Shown here in pieces: positions 59,659 to 64,000 of a stretch of DNA of 64,000 nt (position 1 is the stretch's first letter; every line of letters starts with the position of its first letter). The DNA is from Ignavibacteriota bacterium (GTDB lineage Bacteria > Bacteroidota > Ignavibacteria > UBA10030), in assembly GCA_963701295.1 (NCBI GenBank), contig OY969585.1, positions 3,579,694 to 3,643,693 on the forward strand, given 5' to 3'. The notes under the pieces were generated by a model, which saw only the letters and a program-made list of their open reading frames with translations, searched no databases and was not told the DNA's origin. Made by a program: the position numbers and the translations under genes.

Positions 59659-61374
59659 ATGTTTTCTCAGCATGGAACACGAACCGAACGCCAGCAGTTC
59701 ACTTTACAGCACGTTATAGAAGACAGCTGCCGGAAGAATTCATCAAACATTGCTCTTACTTTTATAGACGATGAGCCAATCAGCTATTCCGATTTAAAAC
59801 GACAGATAGATCATCTTTCCGTCTTTCTAAAAAATCAAGGGGTAATGCATGGCGACCATATTGCAATTCTTGGCGAAAACAGCCCTCAATGGGGGATCGC
59901 TTATTTCGCGATCACCACGATGGGTGCTGTCGCAGTTCCCATTCTCCCGGACTTTCATGCTTCCGAAATTCACCATATTCTTCGGCACTCCGGCAGTAAA
60001 GTCATTTTCATCTCCGAACGCTTCTTTCATAAAATTGAAGATCTCGATTTTACGGAATTCAACAGCATCATTTTAATGAACGATTTTTCCATCATCAATC
60101 CCACAACATCGAAAGCAACATTGCGCCAATTGATTGCAGAAGGAAGCAAGGAACTACGGAAAATCAAGAATCTCGTCCTGAGTCTTGCAGGATTGATTCA
60201 GGGAGAGGTTACCGAAGATGACATTGCATCCATCATTTATACTTCAGGAACCACGGGGCACTCCAAAGGTGTCATGCTCACACATAAGAATATTATCTGG
60301 AATGCCAATGCATCCTCCAAAATACCGGACATCAACGAGAAGGACCGAATGCTCTCCGTCCTTCCGCTTGCCCATGTGTATGAGTGCACATTAGGACTGA
60401 TCCTTCCAATGATGTTCGGTGCATCTGTCTACTATGTAAAAAAACTTCCTACAGCTGCTGTTCTTCTTCCAGCATTAGAAAAAGTAAAACCCACGATGAT
60501 GCTCACAGTCCCCTTAATCATCGAGAAGATGTATAAGACGCGAATCATGCCTGAAATCAAAAAACGAAAAATCGTACGCCTCATCTATAAATTTCCGATG
60601 ATTCGCAAGCGCATTCACAAACTAACCGGCAAAAAACTAATGGAGACATTTGGCGAAGCATTGAGGTTTTTTGGAATTGGAGGAGCGGCACTCTCTCCTG
60701 AAATTGAGCGGTTTCTACTCGAAGCAGAATTCCCTTATGCCATCGGGTACGGGTTAACAGAGACGTCGCCCCTCATTGCCGGAGCAAATGCAGAAAAAAC
60801 AAAATATCGATCCACCGGTCCTGTTGTCCCCGGACTCGAGGTGCGTATCGAAAACCCTGATCCAAAATCCGGTATTGGTGAAATTGTTGTACGCGGACCA
60901 AGCGTTATGAAGGGGTACTATCGCGATTCAGAGCGTACGGAAGAAGTGCTCTCACGTGAAGGCTGGTTTCACACAGGCGACCTCGGCAGTTTTGATAAGA
61001 ATAGTTATCTCTACATCAATGGACGCATGAAAAATGTTATTCTCGGTCCGAGTGGCGAAAATATTTATCCCGAAGCTATAGAGTCTGTGATTAACCGATC
61101 AGATACCGTACTCGAATCGCTAACTTATCAAGACGAAGGACAGCTTGTTGCACGTATCTACCTCGACTACGAAAAGCTCGATGTTGAATTTTCCCGTATG
61201 GGCTTGACTGAATCACAGGCACGGGAACGGATTGTCCAATTATTGGAAGATATACGAAAACAGGTCAATGAACAAGTTTCATCTTTTTCACGCATTAGTC
61301 GTGTTATTGAACAAACTGAGCCATTTGAAAAGACACCAACACAGAAAATCAAACGATATCTTTACACTAACTGA
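59659..61374 (+). CDS. Long-chain fatty acid--CoA ligase (AMP-binding)
   Basis: YTSGTTGHSKG, GYGLTETSP, VMKGYY, WFHTGDLG, GENIYPE. Confidence 0.92.
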   Translation: MFSQHGTRTERQQFTLQHVIEDSCRKNSSNIALTFIDDEPISYSDLKRQIDHLSVFLKNQGVMHGDHIAILGENSPQWGIAYFAITTMGAVAVPILPDFHASEIHHILRHSGSKVIFISERFFHKIEDLDFTEFNSIILMNDFSIINPTTSKATLRQLIAEGSKELRKIKNLVLSLAGLIQGEVTEDDIASIIYTSGTTGHSKGVMLTHKNIIWNANASSKIPDINEKDRMLSVLPLAHVYECTLGLILPMMFGASVYYVKKLPTAAVLLPALEKVKPTMMLTVPLIIEKMYKTRIMPEIKKRKIVRLIYKFPMIRKRIHKLTGKKLMETFGEALRFFGIGGAALSPEIERFLLEAEFPYAIGYGLTETSPLIAGANAEKTKYRSTGPVVPGLEVRIENPDPKSGIGEIVVRGPSVMKGYYRDSERTEEVLSREGWFHTGDLGSFDKNSYLYINGRMKNVILGPSGENIYPEAIESVINRSDTVLESLTYQDEGQLVARIYLDYEKLDVEFSRMGLTESQARERIVQLLEDIRKQVNEQVSSFSRISRVIEQTEPFEKTPTQKIKRYLYTN

Positions 61375-61514
61375 TCGGAACAACCGATAATCTTCGCATA
61401 AAGCAGCTTTAGTACCGCTCTCTCCATTGGGCAGAACATTTTTGAATAGCTTTTTTACATTCAGTAAAATAAGCTCCCCAGAATTACTTTTATAAAATTA
61501 ATTTTTACAACCAC

Positions 61515-61543
61515 TTGACATTCACGTGTCCAGAATTTATCTT
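61515..61543 (+). promoter_or_regulatory. Sigma70 promoter of the chromosomal sRNA
   Basis: TTGACA-N17-TATCTT with no downstream plus-strand CDS. Confidence 0.82.
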
Positions 61544-61548
61544 GTGTC

Positions 61549-61623
61549 GTGTCGTCTCCCCGACGACACATAGTTAGCCTCCCTATACTCCGGCGTCTGG
61601 TAGTACGTCGGGGTATTTTTTTT
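61549..61623 (+). ncRNA. Candidate ~75-nt sRNA (chromosomal copy)
   Basis: GTGTCGTC-TCCCC-GACGACAC, GTTAGCCTCCCT, ATACTCCGGCGT-CTGGTAGT-ACGTCGGGGTAT plus a T-run; lies between convergent genes. Confidence 0.82.
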
Positions 61624-61822
61624 ACTACTCTCTTTTTTTATTGACCGACTAAAGGAACCCTCTTGACCAATTCCCATTTCTCATTGATGTACGCCATAAA
61701 TATTCGATTTAAAAAACCATACTTTTTAATTTCAAGTTGGGCGTGCGTCTGAGAAACTCGCAAGACTGAAGAGTCTATAACTCAATACACATGAATAATT
61801 GAGGATTGTATATTTTTCGTCA

Positions 61823-62731
61823 TTAGAACAATCCTTCAACCGACAAGTACCGTTCACCTGTGTCGTAGCAGAAGGTGATGATCTTTCCATTCTTTGGAAG
61901 ATCTGGAAGTTTCTTCGCCACAGCTGCAAGTGACGCGCCGGAAGAAATACCGACAAGAATTCCTTCCTCACGTGCACAACGTTGTGCGTATTCAAATGCT
62001 TCCTCTTTCGTAATTTGAATAACACCATTAAGTATTTCGGTGTGTAGATTTTTAGGAATGAAGCCTGCGCCAAGCCCTTGTAAAGGATGCGGTCCTGGCT
62101 GCCCACCGCTAATCACAGGAGAAAGGCTGGGTTCAACAGCAAAGATTTTGAGTTTGGGAAATTTCTTTTTGAGCACTTCGGCAACACCAGTAATATGTCC
62201 GCCAGTACCGACGCCAGTAATCAACATATCGAACCCTTGTGGAAAATCTCGGAAAATTTCTTCAGCTGTCGTCTTCCGATGGATTTCAATATTCGCCTCA
62301 TTCTCAAACTGTTGAGGGATCCATGAATTCTTTGTTGCTGCTGCAAGTTCGTTTGCTTTTTCAATAGCTCCCTTCATTCCTTTTTCACGAGGAGTAAGTT
62401 CCAGATGCGCTCCATATGCAGCCATGAGCCGCCGTCGTTCGACGGACATCGAATCGGGCATAACGAGAATGAGTTTGTATTTTTTCACTGCCGCAACCAA
62501 AGCAAGACCAATACCTGTATTTCCGGATGTCGGTTCGATGATGACAGTGTCTGGCTTCAATACACCGCGACGCTCAGCATCCTCGATCATGGAGAGCCCA
62601 ATACGATCTTTAATACTGCCGCCGGGATTTGCACGTTCTAATTTGATCCAGACTTCATGATCACCAAAGAGTCGACGAATACGAACATGAGGGGTGTTAC
62701 CTATTGTTTCCAGAACAGAGTTTGCTTTCAT
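61823..62731 (-). CDS. cysK: Cysteine synthase A
   Basis: [14 protein letters not shown] (PLP Lys), [32 protein letters not shown]. Confidence 0.96.
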   Translation of the reverse strand: MKANSVLETIGNTPHVRIRRLFGDHEVWIKLERANPGGSIKDRIGLSMIEDAERRGVLKPDTVIIEPTSGNTGIGLALVAAVKKYKLILVMPDSMSVERRRLMAAYGAHLELTPREKGMKGAIEKANELAAATKNSWIPQQFENEANIEIHRKTTAEEIFRDFPQGFDMLITGVGTGGHITGVAEVLKKKFPKLKIFAVEPSLSPVISGGQPGPHPLQGLGAGFIPKNLHTEILNGVIQITKEEAFEYAQRCAREEGILVGISSGASLAAVAKKLPDLPKNGKIITFCYDTGERYLSVEGLF

Positions 62732-62750
62732 GATTATTTCCTTTATGTAG

Positions 62751-63608
62751 TTAGATACTAAAATCAATTGGTGCACCCGTCATTTCTTTGGGGCGCACTG
62801 TTACTTTGCTTTCTTGATACACAGAGGAAAACGGCGGCACACTCATAGTAAGCCAGACATTTCCTCCGATAACACTATGATGACCGACAATAGTCTCACC
62901 GCCAAGAATGATCGCCTGCGCGTAGATAACAACACCATCTTCGATGGTCGGATGGCGTTTAGATTTCGCTAATTTCTTATCCACACTCAGAGCCCCAAGT
63001 GTAACTCCTTGGTACATCTTTACATCTTTTCCGATAATGGCAGACTCACCAATAACGATACCGGTTCCATGATCAATAGCGAATGATGTTCCGATTTGAG
63101 CTCCGGGATGAATATCAATTCCTGTTATTTGATGTGCATATTCCGTAACGAGACGTGAGAAAATAGGAACATGCATTACATAGAATTCATGCGCGATACG
63201 ATAGATTGCGATAGCTAAAAAACCGGGATATGCCAGAATCACTTCGTCAACACTCTCCGCCGCCGGATCTCCACTGGTAATAGCTTCGGCATCCAGCCAG
63301 AGTCTATCATGTAAATCCGGAAGTGTTTGCATAAAATGTTTAACTATATCTTCCAGATTCAAGGATGTGTCTTTTAAAAGTGAAATAAGCAGACGCTTTA
63401 AATCACGCTCCAAGAGTACAAGACGCGATTCTATTTCCTCTTTTGTATAGAACATCTCCTTACAAAAATGCGGAAATAAAATGGCAAGCAAGTTCTCTAC
63501 AAATTCTTGCGTTCCCTTCTTGAGCTGAAACCCAAGTGAATGATCATCACGACGTTCTTTCAGTGTTTGAGCAAATCCATGATAAAGTGTCTCATGAGTC
63601 ATTTTCAT
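62751..63608 (-). CDS. cysE: Serine O-acetyltransferase (EpsC type)
   Basis: [40 protein letters not shown] hexapeptide repeats. Confidence 0.95.
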   Translation of the reverse strand: MKMTHETLYHGFAQTLKERRDDHSLGFQLKKGTQEFVENLLAILFPHFCKEMFYTKEEIESRLVLLERDLKRLLISLLKDTSLNLEDIVKHFMQTLPDLHDRLWLDAEAITSGDPAAESVDEVILAYPGFLAIAIYRIAHEFYVMHVPIFSRLVTEYAHQITGIDIHPGAQIGTSFAIDHGTGIVIGESAIIGKDVKMYQGVTLGALSVDKKLAKSKRHPTIEDGVVIYAQAIILGGETIVGHHSVIGGNVWLTMSVPPFSSVYQESKVTVRPKEMTGAPIDFSI

Positions 63609-63676
63609 TCTCCGTGTTCAAATTGTTTATCCAATACTATAATAATGCGTTCTTTCTTAAATAGGTTCCCACAAAT

Positions 63677-63704
63677 AAAAAAAGCTCAGCATCGCCGAGC
63701 CTTT
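63677..63704 (-). terminator. Attenuator terminator upstream of cysE
   Basis: AAAGGCTCGGC-GAT-GCTGAGC followed by T7, ~70 nt before the cysE start. Confidence 0.8.
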
Positions 63705-63732
63705 CGTCAAGAAACTACTTACATCATCAAAA

Positions 63733-63837
63733 TTATCTCTTGAGTACTTCGCTCGCAATTCGTTTAGAACAGCGACAACAGAAACCCAAAACTGCCTGAG
63801 ATTCGTGTCTTGCTTTGCGAATAATGTTGATCTGCAT
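63733..63837 (-). CDS. Cys-rich leader peptide (34 aa)
   Basis: MQINIIRKARHESQAVLGFCCRCSKRIASEVLKR*, with GAGTG upstream; three Cys codons within four codons; precedes the terminator and cysE-cysK. Confidence 0.72.
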   Translation of the reverse strand: MQINIIRKARHESQAVLGFCCRCSKRIASEVLKR

Positions 63838-64000
63838 AGTCACTCTGTTAGAAATACTAATGATTTTATGCTAATTAATTTTTCTCTATATATAATATCT
63901 GAAAACAACTTGTCTAATTCAAGCCCAATTCTCAATTATGACTGCCCTTTTTGTCTGACTCCTTTTTCTTTCCAGATTCAGCTTCTCTTTTGGTTCCACC

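Noticed and set aside
465-63743. Many short opposite-strand or alternative-frame ORFs in the track (e.g. 6324-6923, 8842-9363, 10662-11018, 58087-58608)
   Set aside because: Shadows of well-supported genes, with no motifs or RBS.
1-64000. CRISPR array or cas operon (prompted by the Cas4-like nuclease at 41033-41887)
   Set aside because: No regularly spaced repeat-spacer array or other cas genes were seen; the nuclease sits in a RadC/DUF932/Gam context.

Overview
Bacterial chromosomal window, most consistent with an Ignavibacteria/Chlorobi-Bacteroidota-group organism (a C-terminal YPNPFNP T9SS-type sorting domain, with sigma70-type promoters). The left flank holds a POT/MFS transporter, a metF-metV-pterin methyltransferase cluster, an ABC pair, the asd-lysC-dapB-dapA lysine operon, a cold-shock gene, and a surface/signalling locus (giant beta-propeller/FN3/LamG T9SS cargo, CsgG-like proteins, TlpA, CHASE2 cyclase). 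The centre is a ~22.8 kb AT-rich integrative island (24259-47089) bounded by a 43-bp direct repeat. Unusually, the repeat duplicates the 5' half of tRNA-Ile2(CAT). The island carries xis/int, two zinc-finger genes, a RecB-like/RadC/DUF932/Gam module and a long minus-strand defence array (FRG, type IIG RM, Shedu, REase-like, HEPN, Nmad3, Nmad2-like, PGN_0703-like nuclease, UDG-like). The right flank is housekeeping and ends in cysE-cysK. Main unannotated signals: (1) a ~75-nt sRNA present twice, once in the island and once on the chromosome, each with its own consensus promoter, identical loops and compensatory stem changes; (2) a second C-rich sRNA in tandem with the island copy; (3) a candidate modified-base-targeting defence module with a switch-like RNA leader; (4) a Cys-rich leader-peptide attenuator upstream of cysE-cysK. 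All family assignments come from motif recognition by eye; no searches were run.
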